64,000 nucleotides of DNA from a virus, in the IMG/VR virus record IMGVR_UViG_3300027917_000041, positions 8,451-72,450 of that record; one strand, given 5' to 3'. Positions 8,569 through 16,901 of this stretch are shown here, in pieces. The position numbers and the translations under genes are program-made. Below the pieces are notes generated by a model. The model saw only the letters and a program-made list of their open reading frames with translations. It had not been told where the DNA came from and ran no database searches. The number at the start of each line of letters is the position of its first letter. Position 1 is the stretch's first letter.

Positions 8569-9873
8569 TTAGAAATCTTCTGCCATTTCTATTAGGTTGG
8601 ATTCTAAGACCATTTCTAAAGGTATTAAACCCGTTGCACCATTTCTATGCTTTCTAACTAGCATTTCAAGAGCAACTCGAACATTTGGCTTTGGTTTACC
8701 TTTCTGATACATATCCGGTCTGTATAACATACCAACCAAATCAGCATCCTCCTCAATATTTCCTGATTGTCTTAGGTCTGCCAAAGTAGGACGCTTATCG
8801 TCACGCAACTCTAAGTTTCTGTTTAGCTGAGATAGTATCACGCTTTGTATCTTCAACTTACGAGATAGTATCTTCATTTCAGCCATAACACGACCTAATT
8901 CCATTGTTTGATTTTCATTTCTTGCTACCATTAATTGCAGATAGTCTATATAGGCTACCTTGATACCATAAATTTTATTATACTTTTTAACAGTAGACTT
9001 TACATATGTAATGTCCATTCCCGGCGTAGTGTCAATATACAAAGGTAGCTTTTCAAATTCAGCTATTGCATCCTTGTATATTCCAAATTCTTCCGGTGTT
9101 ATATTACCTAATCTTAGTCTTGTAAGGTTAATACCAGTATGTGTAGCTACCATTCTATCTAGCAAAGCTTGATTATCCATTTCCAGCTCTAGCATGATTG
9201 AAGGTATGCCGTCTAGAGCACCCCGCAAAGCGGAGTTTATCATCATTGCTGTTTTACCTACACTTGGTCTAGCTGCCCAAACCCAAATCATACCTTCTTG
9301 ATAACCACCAGTTAGCAAATCCAAGCCATTGAAACCCGTTGTTGTCTCAATATAGTTAGGATTTTCCATCCTTTGTTCCATGATCTGTAAAGCGTTGGGT
9401 GCTAGGTCTGCCATACTAGCAGTACCCTTACCACCTGTTACATCATCAATTCTATCTAAGTCTAACTTAGCATTTAGTAGAACGTCATCGACAACCGTTG
9501 CATCTGTAAGTTGACCCGGTATTCTCGAAGCCACCGCTATCAACTCTCTTTTCTTATATGCTTTGTTTACAATATTACAGTATTCTTCCAGATTGTCCGT
9601 TACATAATTATCTTCAAGTATTGTTTGAAAGAATGAGATATCTACCTGATTTTCTAACTTAGCACTTTCATTTATCTTGACTTCAATCAATGCTCTATCA
9701 GGTACTAGCCCATCGTTTACAAGACTCATAATAAGGTCGAATAGTCTTGTGTGGCTAATTGACGAAAACATGTACGGCTTTATGTGCTGTACTTCAAAAG
9801 CCATTTCTGGATTATTTGTGATTATGTTTAGTACTGCGTTTTCAGCCTCATATGTTGATACATTACTTGACAT
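8569..9873 (-). CDS. dnaB: DnaB-like replicative helicase
   Basis: AARPSVGKT, IDYLQL, LSQLNR, RPTLADLRQSGNIEEDAD, KHRNG. Confidence 0.97.
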   Translation of the reverse strand: MSSNVSTYEAENAVLNIITNNPEMAFEVQHIKPYMFSSISHTRLFDLIMSLVNDGLVPDRALIEVKINESAKLENQVDISFFQTILEDNYVTDNLEEYCNIVNKAYKKRELIAVASRIPGQLTDATVVDDVLLNAKLDLDRIDDVTGGKGTASMADLAPNALQIMEQRMENPNYIETTTGFNGLDLLTGGYQEGMIWVWAARPSVGKTAMMINSALRGALDGIPSIMLELEMDNQALLDRMVATHTGINLTRLRLGNITPEEFGIYKDAIAEFEKLPLYIDTTPGMDITYVKSTVKKYNKIYGIKVAYIDYLQLMVARNENQTMELGRVMAEMKILSRKLKIQSVILSQLNRNLELRDDKRPTLADLRQSGNIEEDADLVGMLYRPDMYQKGKPKPNVRVALEMLVRKHRNGATGLIPLEMVLESNLIEMAEDF

Positions 9874-10246
9874 GTGCCAACTCTCGCATAAAGTCAGATA
9901 AGTCTACCATATCCGGTTGATTTTCTGACGCTTGTTTGTGTATGTATCTACGCTCAGAAATTTTGTAGATAATGGGTATAATGTTACGAGTTGGCGTAAA
10001 ACCGTTCCAATCACATAAATCACAAATAGAATTAAATACTACTTCTGCACCAAATTCTTTAACAACCTTATACATTCCTGTAAGGTTCGCCTTGTAAAAT
10101 GGTTGACCAAACAAATCTCTATAAAAGTTATGCAGATGCTTGGCTGGATTCTTTGTACGTTGTAATCCAATCCAATAACTTTGTATAATTTGTTCCTGTG
10201 TCACACCTACCTCCTTACGGGAGAGGGGAGGCTTTCGCCTCCCCAA
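9863..10246 (-). CDS. Hypothetical protein upstream of helicase (possible loader/initiator)
   Basis: ORF overlapping dnaB start. Confidence 0.5.
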   Translation of the reverse strand: MGRRKPPLSRKEVGVTQEQIIQSYWIGLQRTKNPAKHLHNFYRDLFGQPFYKANLTGMYKVVKEFGAEVVFNSICDLCDWNGFTPTRNIIPIIYKISERRYIHKQASENQPDMVDLSDFMRELAHVK

Positions 10247-10251
10247 CTCTA

Positions 10252-11034
10252 CTAGTTAGCAAATAAATCTTCTGTAGCTTCTTCTGCTGTAGCCTCTACA
10301 TCTTCACTAGCTTCGACCTTGGCGGTAGCACGCCTACCAGCAAAGATATCACGTAAAGATACGCCGGAAACAAGCTTTTCCATTTCCTCAAAACTAACTT
10401 CTGGCAAAATTTTAGTCACATCATACAACTGTTCAGGAGGAACTTCTACCTCGTCACGACCATCACCAACGAGGGCGATTGACTGTCTTTTATTGCCTGT
10501 ACCTACAACTTGGAGTGTAATATCGAAATTCTGTACGCCGATTTCGTTACCATCCTCGTCTGTAGTTGTACGCTGTTTTTCTACAAATTGTTCAAACAGT
10601 GTTTTACCACCTTGAATAACTCGTACTTCATTAAGCGGTGCAACTTCAACATCTTTCAACTCACCCTTCTGACATACCGGGCAAATATTAGCGAATTCAC
10701 CACCAATGGCTTTAACTTCCTTACCGCATTCAGGGCAAACCTTGACAGGTGTACGATCTAATACGTTCATAAAGTATCGTATATTCAAGCCACGGTAGCC
10801 CTTTACCTTTTTGTAGTTATCAGGATTCTCCATCCTAATACGCTTATTTTGGATAGCCTGTGGGTCATCTGCACCCAAGGCTTTGACATGTCCACTTCCA
10901 AACCAATAACATAATTGAGCTGGAACGTCCTCGTCTAAGATACGAATGGTGTGTTCTCCGGGTGTCCAAACAAAATACTTGACACGCTGAAAATCTCCAC
11001 CACCAAATTCTACAACTTCTACACTAAATGGCAT
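10252..11034 (-). CDS. T4 gp32-like single-stranded DNA-binding protein with zinc-ribbon insert
   Basis: GEHTIRIL, RYFMNVLDR, CPEC...CPVC, G.G..R, acidic tail ending DLFAN. Confidence 0.75.
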   Translation of the reverse strand: MPFSVEVVEFGGGDFQRVKYFVWTPGEHTIRILDEDVPAQLCYWFGSGHVKALGADDPQAIQNKRIRMENPDNYKKVKGYRGLNIRYFMNVLDRTPVKVCPECGKEVKAIGGEFANICPVCQKGELKDVEVAPLNEVRVIQGGKTLFEQFVEKQRTTTDEDGNEIGVQNFDITLQVVGTGNKRQSIALVGDGRDEVEVPPEQLYDVTKILPEVSFEEMEKLVSGVSLRDIFAGRRATAKVEASEDVEATAEEATEDLFAN

Positions 11035-11040
11035 TTTATT

Positions 11041-11343
11041 TTACTCCTCTGTGCTTTGAATTTCCTCTAATCGGGATTGTATATTAGCATAAACTTGAGC
11101 TTCTTTTTCTACCAAGAGTTCGAGTCTCCCCTCGTCAGTTTCCGAACCATTGAGAATAAGAGCTTGTACACGATACTGATAATAAGCCTTGTCCATTTCT
11201 ACGAGCTGTAATTCTCTTAAGAGTTTCATAGCATCTTCGTCCAAGACAATTTCATCAGGAACATCGTTGATAAAGCTTGTCACCCTCAGTGATTTATAGT
11301 CACCAAGGTAAAAGACTCGCTCCAAACCTAACGTTCGTTTCAT
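11041..11343 (-). CDS. Hypothetical protein
   Basis: ORF track with GGAGG RBS. Confidence 0.55.
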   Translation of the reverse strand: MKRTLGLERVFYLGDYKSLRVTSFINDVPDEIVLDEDAMKLLRELQLVEMDKAYYQYRVQALILNGSETDEGRLELLVEKEAQVYANIQSRLEEIQSTEE

Positions 11344-11346
11344 ATC

Positions 11347-12408
11347 TTAAGCCTCCTGTAATTCTTCTTCGTCTACCATCGGGGTTTCCTTCCCGATTGT
11401 ACTATTATAACACAATTCTTTGATTTTGTCAAGTAATTCACGATTCTCTAATAAAGCATTTGCGGCGTTATTAGCACCGTTTCCTAACTTTTCTCCGTCA
11501 AAACTGTACCAATTGCCTGATTTATTGATTATGCCAAGAGCAGATGCAAAATCTAATGCATCACGTCCCTCATCAATACCCATACCAAACCGTAACGGTA
11601 CAAAGCCTGTCATAAACGGTTTAGCAACCTTATTCTTTTTTATTGTAAACTTACTTAGAATACCAGTAGTTTCACTACCTTCCGTAATTGGACTACCTTT
11701 ACCCAAGAAGATAATAACCGAACATTGATGATACAAAGCATGACCACCCGGCATTGTGTAGCCACCCATGTATGAACCAATCTTATCCCTAACCTGATTT
11801 ACAAATAAGAAAGCCGTTCTTGATTTCTCTAACTTATAAGCATTTCTTGGCAGGAATTTAGCCATCATCCTAGCCAATAACGCTACGTTATCATCACCTA
11901 ACTTATCATCCTTCAACTTCTGTGGTGCAAGAGCACCCACGCTATCTAAGACTATCAAACCAAAATCCGTAGATTCTAAACCAGCTTCGGCAATCTCTAA
12001 GGATTGTTCTGCTGTTTCTGGTCTGATAATCGTAAGATATTCCGGGTCAAAACCACCAACAACTGAGTTTACATAGCTATAATCCAAACCACTTTCCACA
12101 TCAATGTACAATGCCCTTTCTTCAAGTTGCCGTATCATCTTAGCAATACTTAAAGAAATCGTAGTCTTACCCGAAGATTCAGCACCATAGATTGTTGTGA
12201 ACTTACGTCTAGGTAAACCACCAATACCGATAGCCATGTCTAAACTTATAGAACCTGTAGGTAACGGTTCGGCTACCTCAAATCCTTCTTCCTGAGTTAC
12301 AACATAACCAGCGTATTCACTTTGTATGAATTGATCAAAATCTAGTTTTTCTTTTCTTTTCAAATTACGCTCTCCATATATCCAACTCTTGAAATAGTCT
12401 ACAACCAA
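11347..12408 (-). CDS. recA: RecA/UvsX recombinase (true start probably about 20 codons downstream)
   Basis: TGSISLD.AIGIGGLP, YGAESSGKTT, VLDSVGAL, FVNQVR.KIG, PGG.AL, KNKVA.PF. Confidence 0.97.
   Translation of the reverse strand: MVVDYFKSWIYGERNLKRKEKLDFDQFIQSEYAGYVVTQEEGFEVAEPLPTGSISLDMAIGIGGLPRRKFTTIYGAESSGKTTISLSIAKMIRQLEERALYIDVESGLDYSYVNSVVGGFDPEYLTIIRPETAEQSLEIAEAGLESTDFGLIVLDSVGALAPQKLKDDKLGDDNVALLARMMAKFLPRNAYKLEKSRTAFLFVNQVRDKIGSYMGGYTMPGGHALYHQCSVIIFLGKGSPITEGSETTGILSKFTIKKNKVAKPFMTGFVPLRFGMGIDEGRDALDFASALGIINKSGNWYSFDGEKLGNGANNAANALLENRELLDKIKELCYNSTIGKETPMVDEEELQEA
11404..11432 (-). promoter_or_regulatory. sigma70-type promoter within recA 3' end
   Basis: CTTGACAAAATCAAAGAATTGTGTTATAAT: TTGACA-N17-TATAAT with TG. 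Confidence 0.75.
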
Positions 12409-12637
12409 AATCCTTTCTAGTTTCCAAGCCTATATCACTTAGATCATCATGACCAGCTGTAAAAGACGTAATGTTTGCCCCTCTTACACCTGAATTTTCA
12501 TGAATAGCTTTACAATATCCCCACTCTGTACTAGCATATTCCCACTTGGCACACAGACCACAACTATCTACTTTGCGACTTCTAAGATTCGATGTCATAT
12601 TTTGGCAACTCCTCAATATTCTCAGGAAATCCACCAT
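12365..12637 (-). CDS. Small Cys-containing hypothetical protein
   Basis: CGLC.....WGYC...FGC pattern. Confidence 0.5.
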   Translation of the reverse strand: MVDFLRILRSCQNMTSNLRSRKVDSCGLCAKWEYASTEWGYCKAIHENSGVRGANITSFTAGHDDLSDIGLETRKDFGCRLFQELDIWRA

Positions 12638-12800
12638 GCTCAGTCAGATATTCATCAATATTATCATCATAATTTGACAAAGTAATTCCTAATTCTTTAG
12701 CAAAATAAATAGGGTGTAAGCTATGATCTTGCATAATTAGCTCACCATCTTTATACAAACCTTGCCATTCGTCTACAATAAACCAAGTAAATTCACTCAT
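12582..12800 (-). CDS. Hypothetical protein
   Basis: ORF track. Confidence 0.55.
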   Translation of the reverse strand: MSEFTWFIVDEWQGLYKDGELIMQDHSLHPIYFAKELGITLSNYDDNIDEYLTEHGGFPENIEELPKYDIES

Positions 12801-13084
12801 GATCCAAACTCCTTAAATACTTTAATTGATATTACGGGTATATTATATTTAGAACTCATTTCATACAAATTGGTATCTACGGCAACTTCAACTTTCAAAC
12901 GTTCTTTGGTCACAGCTTCTTTCACCAACTTATTTAGATGATAAGAAGTGTCCATTATTTCTCCCCAAAGCTTCGTTTGACGTTCCTTTTCATGCTCACC
13001 CATAATCCTATTTACCCGTTCCTGTACACCTTCTTCCAGTTCTTCTTCCGGATACATATTTCCTACTACCATTAGTGCCTCCAA
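12797..13084 (-). CDS. Hypothetical protein
   Basis: ORF track. Confidence 0.55.
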   Translation of the reverse strand: MEALMVVGNMYPEEELEEGVQERVNRIMGEHEKERQTKLWGEIMDTSYHLNKLVKEAVTKERLKVEVAVDTNLYEMSSKYNIPVISIKVFKEFGS

Positions 13085-15000
13085 GTTTTAGATAACATAC
13101 TATCAGCTTTCGCAGGAATATCCTTAAGAAATACCTGCTCAGCTTCCTCCATTGTTGCAACCACGAACGCCTCAGCTTCTTCCGCTATACTTTCGTGTAC
13201 TTCCCACACACCTTCATCGTGTACGGTCAGCAATAGTTTAAATAAATCTCCGAAGGGGTTTCTATGATATATGTCTACCAAGGCTATCTTTAAAATGTCG
13301 GCAGACCCACCCTGAATAATAGTATTAATTCCCCTTCGGAGTACAGATGCTTTTATTTTTGCTTTTTCATCGCCATCCTCAAAGATTTCAGGTATGTCAA
13401 AATAACGCTTTCGACCAAAAGGCGTAATAGAGTAACCAAGTTCCCAAATCTTCTCACCTGCCAACTCAATGAATTTTGCGATATAGGGATATGCGGCAAA
13501 ATAAGCTTCCAAGTGTGCCTCTCCCTCGTATTGTGGTATACCAAAATTATACTCCAAACCATAGGCTGTAGAACCATAGACGATAGCAAAATTGATTGAT
13601 TTTCCTCTACTTCTCTGTTCCTTTGTAACAATGTCATATTCAACCCCATAAATATTTGATGCTGTCAACACATGAATATCCAACTCATTGTTATAAGCGT
13701 CAATAAATGCACGTTCATTTGCAACAGCACCCAATAAACGCAATTCTGCTTGGTTAAAGTCTACGGTTAATAAAAGATGATCCTTGCTTGCCTCGAAACA
13801 TTCTCTATAACGAGCCTCTGGATCATCTTCATTCTCTCCAGGTATCTGCTGTAAGTTGGGTTTTTCGCAACTCCAACGTCCGGATACTGTACCAAGTTGA
13901 TTAAATTGTGCATGTAACCTACCCGTTTTTGGGTTTATTTTATCAAGAAAATCCTCACCGTAGGAATTGATACGCTTTGAATACGGTTTGAATTCCAAAT
14001 AGTCACGAATAACTTCATGATGCTTAAATCGAGCCAATTCTTTTTTATTGGCACTAGGCACATAAACTTTACTATATGTCAATATCTCTTTGAACTGTGC
14101 AGGACTGTTTAAATTCAGCCACTCACGCACAATACCTGCTACAGTTTTTCTATCGGTAATCCCTTCCATTGGATCACGATCACGCTTTAGTTTTACCTGC
14201 AACTTTAGCTTGTCAACAACTGTCAAAGCGTCAGCGTCACCAACCAATAGTTTATCCAAAGCCGGGTTAATCAAAGTATCCTTTAGCTTTTCTTCCCACA
14301 CCTTTTGACGTTCAATAGCAGACGCAGTAATTTCCTTCCAAAGTTTTTGATTTACAGATACACCTTCAAGCTCCATCCAAGCAACTTGAGGCAATAACTC
14401 CATTTCTAAATCTGCTGTTTTGGTTAGGTTCTTTTCTTCTAGTTCAACACAAATACTTTCGTATAAGTCTACTAAGTTTAAAACGTCTTTTGCGGCATAC
14501 AAGTACATTTCCTGAGTTACGATTGTAGCACCAATGAAATCTTCTCGTACATCCTTTTCCATTACAATATCAAGATGCTTAAATAGCAATGATTGTAATG
14601 ATACAAACGGTCTACCAAGTCCGGTATTTGCCACCCCATCACCAATCATGGTATCGAAAACGTTCTCAATCCCTACACCTGTATTGGCTTTAATAACTTT
14701 TATATCAAATTTGATGTTATGTCCGACACATAGAGCGTCACTGTCTAGAAGTGCCTGTGCCACAAAAGTCATGTGGTTTTTCAGTCCTACAATATCAAAA
14801 ACAAAAACAGTTTCGCCTATAGATACTTGCATAAGTAGCCATCTGTCGTTAAACGGATCAAGCCCTGACGACTCAACATCTAATCCAACAATGTCGACAA
14901 AGGGCAAGGCTTGTACAAATTCTTCTATTCCAGCTGTATCCTCAACTAATCTTAGTTTCAATGTCCTAAAACCTCTACTATTCCTGCTCTCGGTATCCAT
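13072..15000 (-). CDS. polA: Family A DNA polymerase with 3'-5' exonuclease domain
   Basis: ExoI LDVE, GHNIKFD, YAAKD; polymerase SGRWSC..PNLQQIP, DFNQAELR, K.INF.IVYG, NT.IQG.SAD, VHDE; true start probably TTG near 14961. Confidence 0.97.
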   Translation of the reverse strand: MDTESRNSRGFRTLKLRLVEDTAGIEEFVQALPFVDIVGLDVESSGLDPFNDRWLLMQVSIGETVFVFDIVGLKNHMTFVAQALLDSDALCVGHNIKFDIKVIKANTGVGIENVFDTMIGDGVANTGLGRPFVSLQSLLFKHLDIVMEKDVREDFIGATIVTQEMYLYAAKDVLNLVDLYESICVELEEKNLTKTADLEMELLPQVAWMELEGVSVNQKLWKEITASAIERQKVWEEKLKDTLINPALDKLLVGDADALTVVDKLKLQVKLKRDRDPMEGITDRKTVAGIVREWLNLNSPAQFKEILTYSKVYVPSANKKELARFKHHEVIRDYLEFKPYSKRINSYGEDFLDKINPKTGRLHAQFNQLGTVSGRWSCEKPNLQQIPGENEDDPEARYRECFEASKDHLLLTVDFNQAELRLLGAVANERAFIDAYNNELDIHVLTASNIYGVEYDIVTKEQRSRGKSINFAIVYGSTAYGLEYNFGIPQYEGEAHLEAYFAAYPYIAKFIELAGEKIWELGYSITPFGRKRYFDIPEIFEDGDEKAKIKASVLRRGINTIIQGGSADILKIALVDIYHRNPFGDLFKLLLTVHDEGVWEVHESIAEEAEAFVVATMEEAEQVFLKDIPAKADSMLSKTWRH

Positions 15001-15413
15001 ACGATCTCTACTTGATCTTTGAATTCACGAGACTTAACCCGGCTATACAATTTTCTAGCTCGTTTGTTGAGCTTTTTTAGTATCGGGTTGTTAACCTTCC
15101 ATCCATTTACCGTCTGTTTCACGGTTAGTTTACTATCACAGTAGATAGTCCACTTTGTATTTCTGTGGTGTTTCATGTAAAAATTGACATACTCTAGGAG
15201 TTTAATCATAGATTCATACTCTGCTTGGTTGCTAGTCTTTGAGTCTAAGTTAAAAGTTTCTGACCTAATCAATTCATCCTTTCCAAATACTGCAAAACTT
15301 CCATAAGCATCAGAGTGTGTCTTATTATTACAGCCACCATCTACGTAAGCTGTGATGTTTCTCAAATTTTCTGCCTCCTCGGACTGAGGAGCACTTCTAA
15401 AACTAATATCCAT
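14958..15413 (-). CDS. rnhA: Ribonuclease HI
   Basis: YVDGG, TSNQAEY, CDSKL, WIPR catalytic motifs. Confidence 0.88.
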   Translation of the reverse strand: MDISFRSAPQSEEAENLRNITAYVDGGCNNKTHSDAYGSFAVFGKDELIRSETFNLDSKTSNQAEYESMIKLLEYVNFYMKHHRNTKWTIYCDSKLTVKQTVNGWKVNNPILKKLNKRARKLYSRVKSREFKDQVEIVWIPRAGIVEVLGH

Positions 15414-15419
15414 GGCTTA

Positions 15420-15448
15420 ATTATACCATGGATTTAGTGTTTTGTCAA
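15420..15448 (-). promoter_or_regulatory. sigma70-type promoter for replication genes
   Basis: CTTGACAAAACACTAAATCCATGGTATAAT; ATG 6 nt after -10. Confidence 0.85.
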
Positions 15449-15459
15449 GTACTAATTTT

Positions 15460-15533
15460 AGGCATACCCAGCTGGACTTGAACCAGCACCGAGGGGTTTG
15501 GAGTCCCTAATGCTACCATTACACCACGGATAT
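15460..15533 (-). tRNA. tRNA-Trp(CCA), 3' end CCT
   Basis: Cloverleaf read manually; anticodon loop CTCCAAA. Confidence 0.9.
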
Positions 15534-15537
15534 GTAT

Positions 15538-15612
15538 AGGAGCGTGTGACAGGAGTCGCACCTGCACCGTATGGTTGGAAGCCACCCATGCTACTGTTAA
15601 CACCACACACGC
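15538..15612 (-). tRNA. tRNA-Gly(TCC), 3' CCT, non-canonical A18/G55
   Basis: Loop CTTCCAA; U73; T-loop TGCGACT. Confidence 0.88.
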
Positions 15613-15616
15613 ACTT

Positions 15617-15707
15617 AGGCGGAGAATACAGGGATCGAACCTGTACATCGGAGTTACCGACATCACCGTTTTCAAGACGGATAAGCACGCCAGCCTTGCG
15701 ACTCTCC
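15617..15707 (-). tRNA. tRNA-Ser(TGA), 3' CCT
   Basis: Loop CTTGAAA, long variable arm, G73. Confidence 0.88.
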
Positions 15708-15709
15708 GT

Positions 15710-15797
15710 AGGCGGAAGGTAGAGGGATCGAACCTCTGCATCCGGTTGGATGGTTATGGTTTAGCAAACCAGCGCATTACCACTCTGCCAACCTTCC
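15710..15797 (-). tRNA. tRNA-Ser(GCT), 3' CCT
   Basis: Loop TTGCTAA, long variable arm. Confidence 0.9.
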
Positions 15798-15800
15798 AAT

Positions 15801-15887
15801 AGGTCGCTATGGCAGGATTCGAACCTGCATGGACACATGCCCACCATGGTTTGAGCATGGCGTGTATACCAATTCCACCACACAGCG
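15801..15887 (-). tRNA. tRNA-Leu(CAA), 3' CCT
   Basis: Loop CTCAAAC, long variable arm. Confidence 0.9.
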
Positions 15888-15889
15888 AT

Positions 15890-15966
15890 AGGTGCTGAAC
15901 CCTAGACTCGAACTAGGAATCTTCCGCGTATCAGACGGATGCGTTAACCAGTTACGCTAGTCCAGC
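15890..15966 (-). tRNA. tRNA-Ile(GAT), 3' CCT
   Basis: Loop CTGATAC. Confidence 0.9.
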
Positions 15967-15969
15967 ATT

Positions 15970-16044
15970 AGGTGACTCTACAGGGGATTGAACCCTGATT
16001 CTCAGCTTGAGGGGCTGATGTCCTATCCATTAGACGATAGAGCC
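15970..16044 (-). tRNA. tRNA-Glu(CTC), 3' CCT
   Basis: Loop CCCTCAA. Confidence 0.9.
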
Positions 16045-16048
16045 ATAT

Positions 16049-16133
16049 AGGTGCTCTAGAGAGGAGTCGAACCTCTACGCCCGAAGGCACTTGGGTTTAA
16101 GTCAAGCGTGTCTGCCAATTCCACCACAAGAGC
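16049..16133 (-). tRNA. tRNA-Leu(TAA), 3' CCT
   Basis: Loop CTTAAAC, long variable arm. Confidence 0.9.
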
Positions 16134-16138
16134 ATTTT

Positions 16139-16325
16139 AGACCACCCGTAGGCAGGATTCTGTTCTATGCTATCATTTATCTTTGCACCAACCCGACTAT
16201 TATAGCGTAGCTCACCCGCTAAGTCTGTTTGGCTTGCTACCTAGGTAGTGCAAACGGCTTATGCCTCCTACCGTGAGCTAAGTAGTCCTGACCTTCCTCT
16301 GTTTCCAGCGATAGCTCGATGGTCT
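16139..16325 (-). ncRNA. rnpB: Minimal RNase P RNA (catalytic domain intact, S-domain nearly absent, no P18)
   Basis: CR-I GAGGAAGGUCAGGAC and CR-V AACAGAAUCCUGCCUA form P4 with the bulged U; P1 AGACCAUC/GGUGGUCU; P2 GCUAUCG/UGAUAGC; P3 CUG-GAAA-CAG; P5 CUAC/GUAG; P6 pseudoknot UAGCUCAC/GUGAGCUA; P15 GCCA/UGGU with GGGU; P16 GACU/AGUC; P17 UAGC/GCUA; CR-IV AGAUAAAUG. Confidence 0.92.
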
Positions 16326-16326
16326 T

Positions 16327-16401
16327 AGGAGTCCTAGGTGGGAGTCGAACCCACTCTACAGCGTTTTGCAGACGCTTTCCTAGCCATTCGGAATCTAGGA
16401 C
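16327..16401 (-). tRNA. tRNA-Cys(GCA), 3' CCT
   Basis: Loop CTGCAAA, U73. Confidence 0.9.
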
Positions 16402-16405
16402 ATTT

Positions 16406-16479
16406 AGGCTGAGGGTACTGGATTTGCACCAATGATACTTGGTTCAGAGCCAAGGGGTTTACTGTTAGCCTAACCCTCA
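16406..16479 (-). tRNA. tRNA-Gln(CTG), 3' CCT, non-canonical A18/G55
   Basis: Loop CTCTGAA; U1-A72; T-loop TGCAAAT. Confidence 0.87.
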
Positions 16480-16483
16480 GTAT

Positions 16484-16560
16484 AGGCGGTTACTACGAGA
16501 TTCGAACTCGCATATTCTTCCTTGACAGGGAAGCCCATTAACCAATTATGGTAAGCAACC
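16484..16560 (-). tRNA. tRNA-Asp(GTC), 3' CCT
   Basis: Loop CTGTCAA, G73. Confidence 0.9.
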
Positions 16561-16564
16561 ATTA

Positions 16565-16641
16565 TGGAGCTGAATACTGGATTCGAACCAGTACTTCTTG
16601 GTTACAAAGCAAGCGTGCTTGACCATTAACACTAATCCAGC
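16565..16641 (-). tRNA. tRNA-Thr(TGT), the only gene with encoded CCA
   Basis: Loop TTTGTAA; ends TCAGC-T-CCA. Confidence 0.9.
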
Positions 16642-16645
16642 TTGT

Positions 16646-16720
16646 AGGTGACATCTGACGGATTCGAACCGACACTTCCCTGATTGAAAGTCAGGTGTCC
16701 TTCCAGTAGACGAAGATGCC
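16646..16720 (-). tRNA. tRNA-Glu(TTC), 3' CCT
   Basis: Loop CTTTCAA. Confidence 0.9.
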
Positions 16721-16770
16721 ATACCGCAGGGCTTTCGCCCTGCACCCTGCCACGAATGGTCAGGGGTGAT

Positions 16771-16847
16771 AGGTGCAGGATACAGGACTCGAACCTGTGT
16801 TCTCTTTTTTGTAAGAAAAGCGATTTCACCAGCTAATCTAATCCTGC
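16771..16847 (-). tRNA. tRNA-Val(TAC), 3' CCT
   Basis: Loop CTTACAA. Confidence 0.88.
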
Positions 16848-16901
16848 AAATTGGTCTTGTTTTTGTAGCTTCTGGTACAAGACCGTAAACCTAGCTACCG
16901 C

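Noticed and set aside
8569-15000. Inteins or introns in DnaB, RecA or PolA (TerL also checked)
   Set aside because: Protein lengths and motif spacing are normal, with no C...HN splice signatures or frame breaks.
16139-16325. tmRNA, 6S or SRP RNA as alternative identity
   Set aside because: No tRNA-Ala-like ends, tag ORF or SRP helix-8 motif, whereas RNase P CR-I, CR-IV and CR-V and helices P1-P6 and P15-P17 all fit.
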